A stretch of 64,000 nt of DNA from the NCBI GenBank assembly GCA_965262915.1, contig OZ253564.1:480001-544000 (forward strand), read 5' to 3'. Below are positions 20,279 through 31,200 of this stretch, one piece after another; position 1 is the stretch's first letter; every line of letters begins with the position of its first letter. The notes under the pieces are model-generated. The model had not been told where the DNA came from. It searched no databases and saw only the letters and a list, made by a program, of their open reading frames with translations. This DNA comes from Candidatus Spongiisociaceae bacterium (GTDB taxonomy: Bacteria; Actinomycetota; Acidimicrobiia; Spongiisociales; Spongiisociaceae). The translations under genes and the position numbers were made by a program.

Positions 20279-21139
20279 ATGCGAGTCGTCGTCACCGGGG
20301 GTGCCGGGCGTTCCGGAAGCAAGATTGCCGATCATCTCCGTGATCGCGGCGCCGAGGTGCTGACTGTCGATATCGTTCCTGCCAGAACGGGTGACGCAGG
20401 GTCGCAGATCGGATCCCATCTCATCGCCGACCTCGAGGACCTGGGCCAGACGGTGGAAGCTCTGCGGGGAGCGGACGCGGTCCTGCATCTGGCCGCGGTA
20501 TGGGCCCAGGGAGTAAGACCCCCCACCGTGACCTTCGACACCAACGTGCGGACCACGTTCAACGTGTTCGAAGCCGCCGCGCTGGCCGGTGCCCGGCGTG
20601 TTGTATGGGCGTCCACCCAGTCGGTGGTCGGCACGCCTTGGACCGATGACAACCTCCCCGGATACCTCCCCGTCGACGAAGTCCATTCAGCCCGTCCCCG
20701 CATGACCTATGCGCTGTCGAAGCATGTGGGCGAGCAGATCGCCCCGTACTTCGCCAAGATCCGGGGACTGGAGGTCCTAGGTCTGAGGTTCGCCTGGATG
20801 ATCCACGAGGACGGATGGGGCGTCGTTCCGCAGTGGCAGAAGAACCCGTTGTCCCGTCGCTTCAACGCCTTCGTCTACGTCGACGTGCGCGATGTTGCGG
20901 CCGCGTGTGCCTCCGCGCTCGAGAGGCCGGTCACCGGAGCGCATGTCCTCAACATCGGCTCCGCCGACACGTGCATGGATATTCCCTCCTCGGAGTTGGC
21001 CGATCTCGCTTTCGGGGGCGTTCCGCTTCGGCGACCGCTCGACGGGTACGAGACGCTTGTGTCCATTCGAGCAGCGAGGGAACTCATCGGGTACCGACCC
21101 CGATACTCGTGGCGTGATCATCTTCGGTCCGCTCCCTAG
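20279..21139 (+). CDS. NAD-dependent epimerase/dehydratase
   Basis: VTGGAGRSG, YALSK, YVDVRDVA. Confidence 0.9.
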   Translation: MRVVVTGGAGRSGSKIADHLRDRGAEVLTVDIVPARTGDAGSQIGSHLIADLEDLGQTVEALRGADAVLHLAAVWAQGVRPPTVTFDTNVRTTFNVFEAAALAGARRVVWASTQSVVGTPWTDDNLPGYLPVDEVHSARPRMTYALSKHVGEQIAPYFAKIRGLEVLGLRFAWMIHEDGWGVVPQWQKNPLSRRFNAFVYVDVRDVAAACASALERPVTGAHVLNIGSADTCMDIPSSELADLAFGGVPLRRPLDGYETLVSIRAARELIGYRPRYSWRDHLRSAP

Positions 21140-21316
21140 CTCGGGTCCGCCCACCGGCGCCGCGAGTACCGCTGAGCCGGTGGGCGCTGAGTGGATGGGG
21201 GCTACAGGCTCATCCACTGGATGCGCTACCGGATTCAGGCCCCCCTTCCAATGGGCCACGCTCCGGGACTCCGGCACGAGATCACCGAATACCAAGCCAG
21301 CGACAAGGAGGTGCTG

Positions 21317-21667
21317 ATGGCTGAGATCTGCAAGATCATGTCCCAGGAAGAGTGGGATGGTTCGTTGGCCGTCGGCAGGATCTACGTGGCGGTCACCGAG
21401 GCCGACCTGCGAGACGGTTTCATCCATTGCTCCTCGAGCGAGCAGGTGCCTGGCACGCTCGACAAGTGGTACAAGGACTACGAGCGGGTGATCGTGGTCA
21501 CTATCGATCCGGCCCCTCTCACCAGCGAGGTCAAGTGGGAACCGAATGCGGTGGGGGTGCTCTTCCCGCACATCTACGGACCCATAGTTCCCGAGGCGGT
21601 CGCCGAGGCGGTCGCGTTGGAACGTGATGGGTCGGGCCGGTTTCAACCGACCGGAGAGGAGATCTGA
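21317..21667 (+). CDS. DUF952 protein
   Basis: DGFIHCS, VKWE, FPHIYGPI. Confidence 0.88.
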   Translation: MAEICKIMSQEEWDGSLAVGRIYVAVTEADLRDGFIHCSSSEQVPGTLDKWYKDYERVIVVTIDPAPLTSEVKWEPNAVGVLFPHIYGPIVPEAVAEAVALERDGSGRFQPTGEEI

Positions 21668-21669
21668 GC

Positions 21670-21993
21670 ATGTTCTACGAGTATCGGCGGTACGAGGTGG
21701 TCCACGGGCGGATGGAGGAACTCAAGACGCGCTTCGCGGAGTCCACCATCCCCATGTGGAAGGAGTCGGGGATCGAACCCGTCGCCTTCTTCGAGCCCCG
21801 CATCGGCGATCCCAACGTCCTCCATTACCTTCTGAAGTGGGAGGATCTGGGGCGCCGGGAGGAGATCTGGGAGGCCTTCAGGGTGAAGCCCGAGTGGGTG
21901 GCCGACCGGGTCAAGAGCGAGGAGAACGGGCCGCTCCTCAACGGCATGACCAACGAGATCTGGGTTCCGACGGACTTCTCGCCCCTGCAGTGA
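21670..21993 (+). CDS. NIPSNAP family protein
   Basis: YEYRRYEV..G, W..F...PEW, PTDFSPL. Confidence 0.88.
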   Translation: MFYEYRRYEVVHGRMEELKTRFAESTIPMWKESGIEPVAFFEPRIGDPNVLHYLLKWEDLGRREEIWEAFRVKPEWVADRVKSEENGPLLNGMTNEIWVPTDFSPLQ

Positions 21994-23204
21994 CCGGGCC
22001 CCTGATCGCGCTCGTAGGTACCCTCGACACCAAAGGGGACGAGTACGGCTACCTGCGCGAGTGCGTGGAGAGCGCCGGTGGGAGGGTTCTGCTCATCGAC
22101 GCCGGCGTGCGCGATGCGCCCAGCATCGAGCCGGACATCACCCGTGACGAGATAGCAGAGGCAGCGGGCTGCCGTCTCGAAGACCTAGTGGCGGCCGGTG
22201 ACCGGGGCCGGGCGCTCGAAGCCATGGGCAGGGGAGCGGGGATAGTTGTATCCGGGCTAGTCGATAGAGGGGAATGCGCCGGTGCGCTCTGTGCCGGGGG
22301 CTCGGGAGGTACGGCGGTGGCCGTCGCTACCTTCCGAGCCCTGCCGTTCGGCTTCCCGAAGCTGATCGTCTCTACCCAGGTGGCCTCCGCGGCCGGATTG
22401 CTGGCGGGTGGTTCCGATGTGATGCTGATGTCGCCGGTGTCGGACATCGCCGGGCTCAATCGGGTAACGAGAACCGTCCTGTCCAACGCCGCGGCGGGGA
22501 TCGTGGGAGCTGCGCGATCCGCCGCCTCGGTCCCAACGGGAGGGGAGCTCGTCTTCGCGACGATGCTCGGGCTCACGACGGCCGGCGTGACCATGGCCGC
22601 CCGCCGGATGCAGGAAGCCGGCTACGAGGTAGTGACGTTCCACGCCACCGGGGAAGGCGGGCGGGCGATGGAAGGAATGCTTGGACCGATGGAGACGAGC
22701 GGCATGCTCGACCTGACCACGGTGGAGATAGCCGACGAGATCGTCGGCGGTGTCAAGTCGGCAGGATCAGACCGGCTGAGAGGGGCGGGACGGCTCGGGG
22801 TGCCCCAGGTCGTCTCCACCGGCGGCACCGACATGGTCCGCTTCGGACCGAAGGACTCGGTTCCGGAGCGGTTCAGTGATCGAACCTTCCACTCCCACAG
22901 CGACATCGTTACCCTGATGCGCACCACGCCGGAGGAGTGTTACCGCATAGGTTCCACCATCGGATCGCGCCTTTCGGAGTCGACCGGTCCGACGGCGTTG
23001 CTGGTTCCGGTCCGGGGGTCGTCCGAGTTGGCTGTACAAGGAGGCGCGTTTCATGATGCGGAGGCCGACGACGCTCTGATACAGGGAATCCTGAACTCGA
23101 CAGCCGCTTCAGGGGTCGATGTCGTACTCCAGGACACCCAGATAAACGATCCGCGTTTCGCAGCCGCGGCCTCTGGTCGGCTGCTGACCATGCTGGGAGG
23201 GTGA
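21990..23204 (+). CDS. Tm-1-like ATP-binding protein (UPF0261)
   Basis: GTLDTKGDE, GGSGGT, DIAGLN, FHATGEGG, TLMRTT. Confidence 0.9.
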   Translation: MTGPLIALVGTLDTKGDEYGYLRECVESAGGRVLLIDAGVRDAPSIEPDITRDEIAEAAGCRLEDLVAAGDRGRALEAMGRGAGIVVSGLVDRGECAGALCAGGSGGTAVAVATFRALPFGFPKLIVSTQVASAAGLLAGGSDVMLMSPVSDIAGLNRVTRTVLSNAAAGIVGAARSAASVPTGGELVFATMLGLTTAGVTMAARRMQEAGYEVVTFHATGEGGRAMEGMLGPMETSGMLDLTTVEIADEIVGGVKSAGSDRLRGAGRLGVPQVVSTGGTDMVRFGPKDSVPERFSDRTFHSHSDIVTLMRTTPEECYRIGSTIGSRLSESTGPTALLVPVRGSSELAVQGGAFHDAEADDALIQGILNSTAASGVDVVLQDTQINDPRFAAAASGRLLTMLGG

Positions 23205-23235
23205 GGGTTGTCCGGTAACGACATCGCGGGGAGAA

Positions 23236-23451
23236 GAACGCCGGGAGCCATACCAGATCGACGAGGATCGTACCGAGAGCAACGACTTGGCCCATCAGGA
23301 GAAGCAGCGAGCCAGGCGGATGGCCAGGGAATGGAACGACTGGGCCGTCCCGGTGGGCATGAACTTCGACCTGCGCGAGGACCTGCAGCAACTGTTCGCA
23401 CTGGAACGCTGCGGGGTCGACCAGGGACGCGCCAGGCTGTGTAGAGCGTGA
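23236..23451 (+). pseudogene. arylsulfatase C-terminal remnant
   Basis: EPYQIDEDRTESNDLAHQE..RMAREWNDWA resembles the sulfatase ELYD..DxxExxDLA..W motif. Confidence 0.55.
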
Positions 23452-24293
23452 GTGGCCAAGTGCGGATCGGCGCTTCCATATTCTTCACGGCCGATTCGAT
23501 CCAGCCCGCCGAGTTGGGCGTCGAGCTCGAAGCGCGCGGTTTCGAGTCCCTGTGGCTGCCCGAGCATTCCCACATACCGGTGGTCCAGCAGCAGGAACTC
23601 GGAGACCGCCGGTTGCCCGAGAAGTACGAGATCCTCTACGACGCCTTTACCTCCCTGGCCGCGGTCGCCTCCACCACGAGCACGATCCTGCTCGGCACCG
23701 GGATTACTCTTCTCGGTATCCGGGACCCGCTCTGGACGGCCAAGGCCACCGCTACCCTCGACCGCCTCTCGGGTGGCCGGTTCCTGTTCGGCATCGGGTA
23801 CGGATGGCTCAGGAGGGAGTACGAAAGTCACGGCATCCCGTTCAGCCGGCGGCGAGAGATCACAAGGGAGAAGCTCCGGATGGTCAAGTCGCTGTGGACC
23901 ACCGAGACGACCGAGTTCTCGGGGGACCACATGCACCTGTTGCCCAGCCGCCAAGGACCCAAACCCCTCCAGCAACCCCATCCTCCGGTTCATATCGGAG
24001 CAGCGCTGGGTCCGGGGACCAAAGCCGACCTTGCGTCACTGGCCGACGGGTGGATACCCCTCGGGATGTACCGGGTCACCTCCGCTGAGATCGCCGAGGT
24101 GCAAGCCGCCGCGGCCGCCAACGGAAGAGACCCGCTGGAGATCAGCGTGTACCTCGACTACACGGAAGCCCATCGGATCGATGAGATGGCTGCGCTCGGA
24201 TGCGACCGGGTGGTCGTCTGCCTGCCCACCGCTCCCCGGACAGAGGTGCTGGAGTACGTCGAGCAGATCGCCGAAGCCTGGATCGCCCGCTAG
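23448..24293 (+). CDS. LLM-class (F420-dependent) oxidoreductase
   Basis: GFESLWLPEHSHIP, ATLDRLSGGRF, PKPLQQPHPP. Confidence 0.9.
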   Translation: MSGQVRIGASIFFTADSIQPAELGVELEARGFESLWLPEHSHIPVVQQQELGDRRLPEKYEILYDAFTSLAAVASTTSTILLGTGITLLGIRDPLWTAKATATLDRLSGGRFLFGIGYGWLRREYESHGIPFSRRREITREKLRMVKSLWTTETTEFSGDHMHLLPSRQGPKPLQQPHPPVHIGAALGPGTKADLASLADGWIPLGMYRVTSAEIAEVQAAAAANGRDPLEISVYLDYTEAHRIDEMAALGCDRVVVCLPTAPRTEVLEYVEQIAEAWIAR

Positions 24294-24339
24294 CCGGCCT
24301 GCCGGAAGCGGCCGCCGGCGGTGTATTATCGGGCTCTCC

Positions 24340-24414
24340 GGGCCCATAGCTCAGGTTGGTTAGAGCGCATCCCTGATAAGGATGAGGTCCCTGGTTCAAA
24401 TCCAGGTGGGCCCA
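24340..24414 (+). tRNA. tRNA-Ile(GAT)
   Basis: GGGCCCATAGCTCAGGTTGGTTAGAGC, anticodon arm CATCC-CTGATAA-GGATG, T-loop GGTTCAAATCC. Confidence 0.97.
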
Positions 24415-24590
24415 CCGGTTGCGAACCGTTTCACACCGGTTCTTACGGTCCTAAACCCCCAGGGCAACGAGCATTTTTCGCCTGAGCCGTCTCCTCATCC
24501 TCGTTGTCGCCCCGTCGCTAGACTACCCGCCTTGTTTCTGGTAGTTTCAGCGTAGTGTGGGACATAAAGTGGGATAGAAAAGAGAGGGAT

Positions 24591-25721
24591 GTGCCAAGAT
24601 TGACAGCCGCGTTCGTGCGCGGAGTGAGCAAACCGGGCAAGTACGGCGACCAGCACGGCCTAATACTTCGGGTTCAGCCATCCGGGTCGAAACAGTGGAT
24701 ATGGCGAGGAACCGTCAACGGTCGCAGACGCGACCTCGGCTTGGGTGGCTACCCCTATGTCAGTCTCGCGGAAGCACGCGCCGAAGCGTTCGACTACCGC
24801 AAGACCGCCCGGAAGGGCGGCGACCCGGTCGCTCTCCGATCCGGCGGGATACCGACCTTCACACGGGCCGCTGAGACCGTCATCGCTATGCACGCAACGA
24901 AGTGGAAAAGCCCCGGAACCGAAGAGTCATGGCGTGCGACCCTCGGGACGTACGTTCTACCCGCTATCGGATCGAGATCGGTTGACGCAGTCACATCCGC
25001 TGACGTGATGGCCTGCCTCGCTCCGATCTGGACCGCCAAACAAGAGACTGCCAGGAAGACCCGCCAACGGATCAGCGCGATCATGAAATGGGCGATCGCT
25101 CAGGGCTACAGGCAGGATAACCCCGCCGGCGACGCTGTGCTTGCGGCTCTCCCGAAACAGACCGTCGGACGGAAGCATTTCCGAGCCCTTCCGCACCGCG
25201 ATGTCTCGGCCGCTGTCGCCACGGTTCGGGCATCCCACCTGTATCCGACGGTCCGCCTGGCGTTCGAGTTTCTCGTACTCACCGCCGTCCGATCAGCGGA
25301 AGCGCTGGGTGCTCGCTGGTCAGAAATCAACCACGAAACCCGGACATGGGTCGTTCCCGCCGAACGCACAAAACCCGGTCGCGAACACAGGGTTCCTCTC
25401 TCGGGTCCCGCTTTTGAAGTGCTGGCCGCGGCCCGCCGCTACTCGGACGGCAGCCCGCTGGTATTCCCCCGCCAGACCGGAGGAGAGATTCCCCGCTGGA
25501 TGCTCAGCAAGCTACCCGCAAGGGTCGGCATCGACACCACCGTCCACGGAATGAGAAGCTCGTTCCGGGACTGGTGCGGCGAGACCGGCGTTGCCCGTGA
25601 AGTCGCCGAGGCATGCCTGTCGCATCGGGTCGGCAACGCCGCCGAACAGGCCTACGCCCGCAGTGACCTGCTGGAACGCCGCCGCGAACTCATGGAATCC
25701 TGGGCAGAGTACGTTGGCTAG
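24591..25721 (+). CDS. int: P4-like tyrosine integrase
   Basis: Arm domain GKYGDQHGL..LGLGGYP; TAVRSAE, HRVPL, HGMRSSFRDW, LSH..AYARSD. Confidence 0.95.
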   Translation: MPRLTAAFVRGVSKPGKYGDQHGLILRVQPSGSKQWIWRGTVNGRRRDLGLGGYPYVSLAEARAEAFDYRKTARKGGDPVALRSGGIPTFTRAAETVIAMHATKWKSPGTEESWRATLGTYVLPAIGSRSVDAVTSADVMACLAPIWTAKQETARKTRQRISAIMKWAIAQGYRQDNPAGDAVLAALPKQTVGRKHFRALPHRDVSAAVATVRASHLYPTVRLAFEFLVLTAVRSAEALGARWSEINHETRTWVVPAERTKPGREHRVPLSGPAFEVLAAARRYSDGSPLVFPRQTGGEIPRWMLSKLPARVGIDTTVHGMRSSFRDWCGETGVAREVAEACLSHRVGNAAEQAYARSDLLERRRELMESWAEYVG

Positions 25722-25840
25722 CCGGATCAGGCAGGAATGCAGTACCGCCTCCGTAGGAGCATCGCCCCGCATTGCCACCGCTTGGCGGGTCCGGCCGAGC
25801 CGATGTTCAGCTCTGCCGGTCATCGGCTGGACGGGTCCCT

Positions 25841-25985
25841 TCAGAGCGTCGAGTAGCTGGCCGGTTTCGCCGACGTCATAGTGCGGTCGTTCACACCGTG
25901 CCAGTTGCGCCGGTAGTGAAGCTGGCACCCAACCGCGGCCACAATAGGCCCGGTCGCATCCGGATTCCGAACACGTCCTACCCAT
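25841..25985 (-). pseudogene. small Cys/His zinc-binding ORF, frameshifted
   Basis: MGRTCSESGCDRAYCGRGW|CQLHYRR, a phage-type CxxxxC..GxCxxHY motif. Confidence 0.45.
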
Positions 25986-26345
25986 CGGCCATCAACCCCG
26001 ACACGGCTAGAGCTTCGGTCACGTCCATTCCCCCGGCGGCCATCGCCAGCTCTTACGGTCCAAGATCGCACGGCGGGCAAAGGCCCACCTATGGCGTTTA
26101 AGACCGCGTAAACTCCCAGCTAGGTCACTACTTTTGTCTGGTACATCCCACATTTGCTACCACAGATCAGCGGTTGCCGCCGGCGGCGCCGCCACGTGAC
26201 CTCCCCCCACGGTGCCCGCAGGCCACCAGTCCCACCGGGTCGGGTCGCTCCCCTGCCGACAAAGCCAATGCCTCGCTGCTGCGGCGATCGCTGGGGCAAG
26301 ATCGTGCGCGTCGGTTACCCGGCGCCATCCGTCAACGACGTCGAG

Positions 26346-27194
26346 TCATGCCGGCCAGTGCGACCCTCGACATGCGGCCGTGCACCATCTCTGCCAGGCG
26401 GCTACGGCGAGGCGGGGCCGCCAAGCGCCGCCGTACCGGTCGAGGTCGAAGGCGCCGCGGCCTCGGCGATGAATCCGCGCCCGGCCCCCGTGGCGGGGGT
26501 GCTCCACTCCACGGTCGACGTCCTCAGCGGCGAACCCCGATACCCGCTGGGGGCCGGTCACTACCGGGTACAGCACCCGGCCGAAATGCCGGGCGAAGGG
26601 ACGGCTGGGGCCTGGGCGGGCAACGCCGGCGGCTACCATGTCGGGCTCGGACACGCTCACCAGGTGGTCTGGTATCACCGTGGGGTCGGTGGGTGCCCAG
26701 CCGATGTGGAAGGCCCTCACGTCGTCGCTGCTGTAGGCATGGGCCCGTCTCAGGTAGGCCCCCGCCGCCGCCCCCGAATCGTCGCTTACCAGCAGCTGGT
26801 GGCAGTACGCCGCGGCTTGCCAGCGGACAGTGTCGAGGCGCTGCGCACGGGTGGGGCGTGACATCGACGGGCCCAGGTCGACACCGTCGCGGCGGGCGAG
26901 TAGATCGAGCGATTCGTGGAAGCCGACTCCGTGGGTTTGCTGCACCCATGTCAGCGCGTCCCCCGACGCGCCGCAGCCGAAGCAGTGGTAGAGCCCCCGC
27001 TCGCTGTCCACCGACATCGCCGGAGTGTCGGTGTTGGGGTGGAACGGGCACATGGCCATAACCGACGCGGCGGAGCCGGCCCGCTTGATGTGGGTGACTT
27101 CCTCGACGAGGTCCACAAGGTCGGTAGCTTGATGGGGTTTGTACACCACCGGGCCGGGCGCGACCGTACGACTAACCGTGCGGATAGCCCCCAA
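26346..27194 (-). CDS. DnaG N-terminal protein (CHC2 zinc finger + Toprim_N, no TOPRIM)
   Basis: CPFHPNTDTP..YHCFGCGASGD, AYL..FHIGWAP, RVLYPV; no EGxxD or DxD. Confidence 0.8.
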   Translation of the reverse strand: MGAIRTVSRTVAPGPVVYKPHQATDLVDLVEEVTHIKRAGSAASVMAMCPFHPNTDTPAMSVDSERGLYHCFGCGASGDALTWVQQTHGVGFHESLDLLARRDGVDLGPSMSRPTRAQRLDTVRWQAAAYCHQLLVSDDSGAAAGAYLRRAHAYSSDDVRAFHIGWAPTDPTVIPDHLVSVSEPDMVAAGVARPGPSRPFARHFGRVLYPVVTGPQRVSGFAAEDVDRGVEHPRHGGRARIHRRGRGAFDLDRYGGAWRPRLAVAAWQRWCTAACRGSHWPA

Positions 27195-27597
27195 ACCGTG
27201 CGACTAACCGTGCGTCTGTCTCTGACCTGGGGTTTCGCGGACGCCGCCTGGGGGATGTGAGTCCCTGCTGCGGGTGGCTACTCGGCGCAGCCGACCTACC
27301 GGCAAGCGGTGTTCCTCGAGGAGTACGAAGCACCCGTGTGTGGTTGGGCGGGGAGAGAACGGTGAAACAGCCGGGCAGCTTCCACCGGTCCACACGCCCA
27401 GGCTGCCTCCCTTACGGCGAGGGGATCCGGTCGACGTAGGAGCTGGCCGAGATATGACGCATGGGACGGCTCCAGGGGTACCGCCCGCGTGGGTGACAGG
27501 GGTACCCCCCGGGCCGCCCGCGCTGGCCAAACCGTGCGTTTACATCCCCAAACCGTGCGACTAACTGTGCGTCTGTCTCTGACGTGGGGTTTCGCGG
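27163..27597. repeat. ~52-bp direct repeats with AACCGTGCG iteron-like units (putative oriT/origin region)
   Basis: CCCCAAACCGTGCGACTAAC(C/T)GTGCGTCTGTCTCTGAC(C/G)TGGGGTTTCGCGG at 27189-27240 and 27546-27597. Confidence 0.85.
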
Positions 27598-28226
27598 GGC
27601 AGCGACCCCGGCTCCCCGGCCGGGCCGACGGGGCGTGTCACCTCCCCGCCCTCGGCGGGGTTACCGGGGTACCCCTGGGCGGGAAGCCGCAGAAGCCGGG
27701 CTCCTCCTCGTCGCGGTAGCGGGTAACGGGGGGATTTGGGGGTCTGGGTGGGCGGGTGTCGGCGTGTTGGGGCCGGGTCTGGGGCGGGGCGGGCCCGGTT
27801 TGCCCAGACCCGGAAGGGCCGGCTACTTGCCTCGGGAGGACGGGTGTGGGTCTGGGTGGGCTGTGTGCCGGGGCGGTTATTCGTGGGCTGACCTGGGGGT
27901 TTGGGGGTCTGGTCGGGGTTGGTGGCGGGGTGTACGGCGATAGGTGTGTGTGTGGTCGGGTTGGTGGTTCGGGTGTCGGGTGTTCGGGCTGGGTGGGGTG
28001 TGTACCGGGGTATCGGTGGTTGTGGATAAGTGGGGGTACTTGGGTATCCCTGGGGTTGGGTGCGGGGAGGGTGTTTCGGGGCTGTTTGTGCGAGGCACGT
28101 TTGCATTGAAATGCGGTACCCCAGTACCCCCCTTCCGGGGATACCGTCGGATCCCTGGGGGGTACCGTTGTACCTTCCGGGTGGGCGCGCTGTCGCGAAC
28201 GCGGGCATGGTCCACGATGCCGGGCC

Positions 28227-31200
28227 ATGTCGGTTTCGATTTACAAAGTCGGTGTCGAACACGTCGCCTACTACATGGGCTGTCGGGGGAAGGGCGGCCA
28301 CGGTGCGGGGACGGTCGGCGGTGGTGGGGACCACGAGCCGTCGGGGGCTTCCCCGGTCGTCGGCGTGTCGGGTATGCCTTCCGGCGGGGGACCGGCTGGC
28401 GGCGCCGGGCCGTCGTCGGGGGCTGGAGGCGTCGAGGGCGGAGGTGCTGGCGGTGGGGGCGTCCCGCTGGTCGGCTATTACACGGGCAGGGACGGGGAGT
28501 TGGCGGGCCGGTGGGCGGCGGGGGGGTCTATGGGTGTGGCGGTGGGTGCGCCGGTGACTCCCACACAGTTGACGGCGTCGCTTTCCGCGGTGGATCCTGG
28601 GTCGGGGGAGCGGTTGGGTAGGCGTTACACGCCGGGCGGAACCTACGTCGACAACTTGGGGGTGACCCGCCGGCGGCGTAAGTTCTCCGCTTATGACGTG
28701 GTGTACGCCCCACCGAAATCGGTCAGCGCGGCGTGGGCGCTGGCCGACCCGGCGACCCGCAAAGAGATCGAGACGGCGTGGGATCGTAGCGTCGGGGCGG
28801 TGGTCGGCTTCGTCCAGGCCGAAGCGGTAGCGTCGAGGTCTGGAACGAACGGGGTCCGCCGGGAGGAAGTACCGGCGGGGGCGACCGTCGCACGGTTCGA
28901 TCATTGGACTTCCCGAGCCGCCGACCCCCATGTCCACGCTCACCTGTTGGTGCATAACCGGGTGCGATGCGAGGATGGCAAGTGGCGCACTCTCGACGGG
29001 CGGCTCCTGTACCACAACGCTGCTGCGGCGTCTGCTGTGGGCGCTGCGGTGCTCCGCGCTGAGCTGTCCCGGCGGCTGGGGTGGAGTTGGGACCGGGTGG
29101 GGGACAGTTGGCATGCTGAGGTGGCGGGCGCCCCCCGCCGTCTCATCGCGGAGTGGTCCACCCGTCGGCGGCAGATCGACCGAGCCGCGCAGGCCAAGAT
29201 CCGCCGCTTCGAGGCCGACCGGCAGCGTGAACCCACCCCGACGGAACGGGCCGAGCTGTGGGCGCGGGCACAACGCAGCACCCGCCCTTCCAAACAGGAC
29301 GACCCCGACCCCCACACCCGCTGGCATCGGGAAGCCGAAGCCCTCGGCATCGACCCCACGCACCTGACCGCGTCGTTGCGGACGGCCCGGCGGCGGGAAC
29401 CCGACGACTACGACCGGGCCGAGCTGGTGCTCTCCCGTAGCAGCCAGACGGTTCCCACCCCGGTGGCCGACGCGGTTGTCGCACAATTGGAACAACTCGG
29501 GCAGGCATCCCGGGGCCTGGGCCGCCCTGACATTCTCCGCACGCTGTGGGCCACCCTCAACGCAGGGGCCGCCCTGGGCGGCCAGAACATCGACGTGGAA
29601 GCCGAGCTGGGCCGCCTCGCCGCCGAACTGTGGGAACGGGCGACCAGCCGTTTGGTGGAACGCGACGGCCGCTGGTACTCGGCCGGTCTGGCCTCAGCTG
29701 AGGTGGCTGCGGTGTCGTGGCTGGCTTCCGACGCCCCCCCAGCTGCCGCCGCCGCCGAAGCGGACACCGACGGGCTCGGCGGCGACCAGGCCGCCGCGGT
29801 GGACACCATCCTCAACTCGGCCACCCAGGGTGTGGTGGTGCTCGGGCCGGCGGGGGCCGGCAAGACCGAGATGCTGGGCCGGGTGGCTGCAGCGGTCGGA
29901 GCGGACCGGGTGCTTGCTGTGGCTCCCACCGCCGAAGCCGCCGCCAATCTCGGTGCTGCTCTGGGTGTGGTGGGCGAAACCGCCGCCCGGGCGGCCCTGT
30001 CCGACGATCAGGTGCCCCGAGGTGGGTGGGTCATCGTCGACGAAGCCGGCCAGCTCGACACCCGCACCCTCGCCGCTCTAGCCGGTCGGGCTGCTGCCGC
30101 CGACGCTCGTATGATCCTGGTGGGGGACACCGCACAGCAGGGACCGGTCGGGGCGGGTGGCGTGTTCCAGGCCCTCGCTGACCGGCCCGATCTGGTTCCC
30201 GCCGCTGTGCTGTCCGAACTGTGGCGTTTCTGTGACCGTGACGAGGCCCGCGCCACCGTCGGGTTACGCTCCGGCGATGTCGACGCGCTGGCCTACCACA
30301 CCGAACGGGGCCGGGTGCATGACAGCACCGAAGCGGAGCTGCCAGCCGTCGCGGCCGGCTGGTGGGCGGCCCGCCGTGACCAGGACACCATCATCACCGC
30401 CCCCACCCTGCGTCTCGTAGCCGACATCAACTCGGCGATCGCCGCACGACGCCACACCGATGGGGAGACCGGCGAAGCGGTGCTGGGCGAGGGTGACACC
30501 ACCATCCGGGTGGGTGACATCGTGGCAACCCGACGCAACAACCGCCGGGTCGTCGCGTCCGACGGCGGGTGGATCCGCAACGGCGACCGCTGGGTGATCA
30601 CCGGTACCACCCCCGACGGCCAGATCACCGCACGACGCCTTGACCGCTCCGCCACCGTGACACTCCCCGGCGGCTACGCCGACGAACACGTCCAGTTGGG
30701 TTACGCCACCACCCAGACACGCGTCCAGTCCCTCACCGTCGACGCGGCGCTGTGTGCTGTCACCCACGCGTCCCGCCGTGACCAGCTCTACGTCGGGATG
30801 ACCCGAGGCCGGGGGGAGAACCACCTGCTGGTAGTCACCGACCAGCCACACTACGACGAGGACACACCCCCCGACCATCTACCACCCGACCACATCATCG
30901 CCACCGTCATGGGCCGAGGCGGCTCCCATCCTCTCTCCGTCCCGGCCGGCGCTGTCACCGTCACCCCGGAAGTGGCCGCCGCCCACCTCCGCAGAATATC
31001 GGACACCCCCCACCAGGCTCCCCTTCCCGACCTGCCCAACGTCGACACCCGCCGGATACTCGCCCACGGAACGACCGCACAGACAGGCGGGGTGGGGGCC
31101 GAAGCCGTGATCGGCGGAGCGATCGGAGCGTGGCTCGACGCTGAACTCGCCGCCGACGCCGAAGCCGACGAAGCCGCACGGGCGTGGGAGGACGCCATAT

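Noticed and set aside
24380-24416. attR duplicate of the tRNA-Ile 3' end
   Set aside because: No second copy noticed in the window; the island end is probably beyond 64000 or lost.
27163-27597. Possible CRISPR array
   Set aside because: Only two long repeats ~305 bp apart, no regular spacers, no cas genes.
27561-29495. 644-aa minus-strand ORF
   Set aside because: Antisense shadow of mobF and the G/T-rich tract; Pro/Thr low complexity with no motifs.
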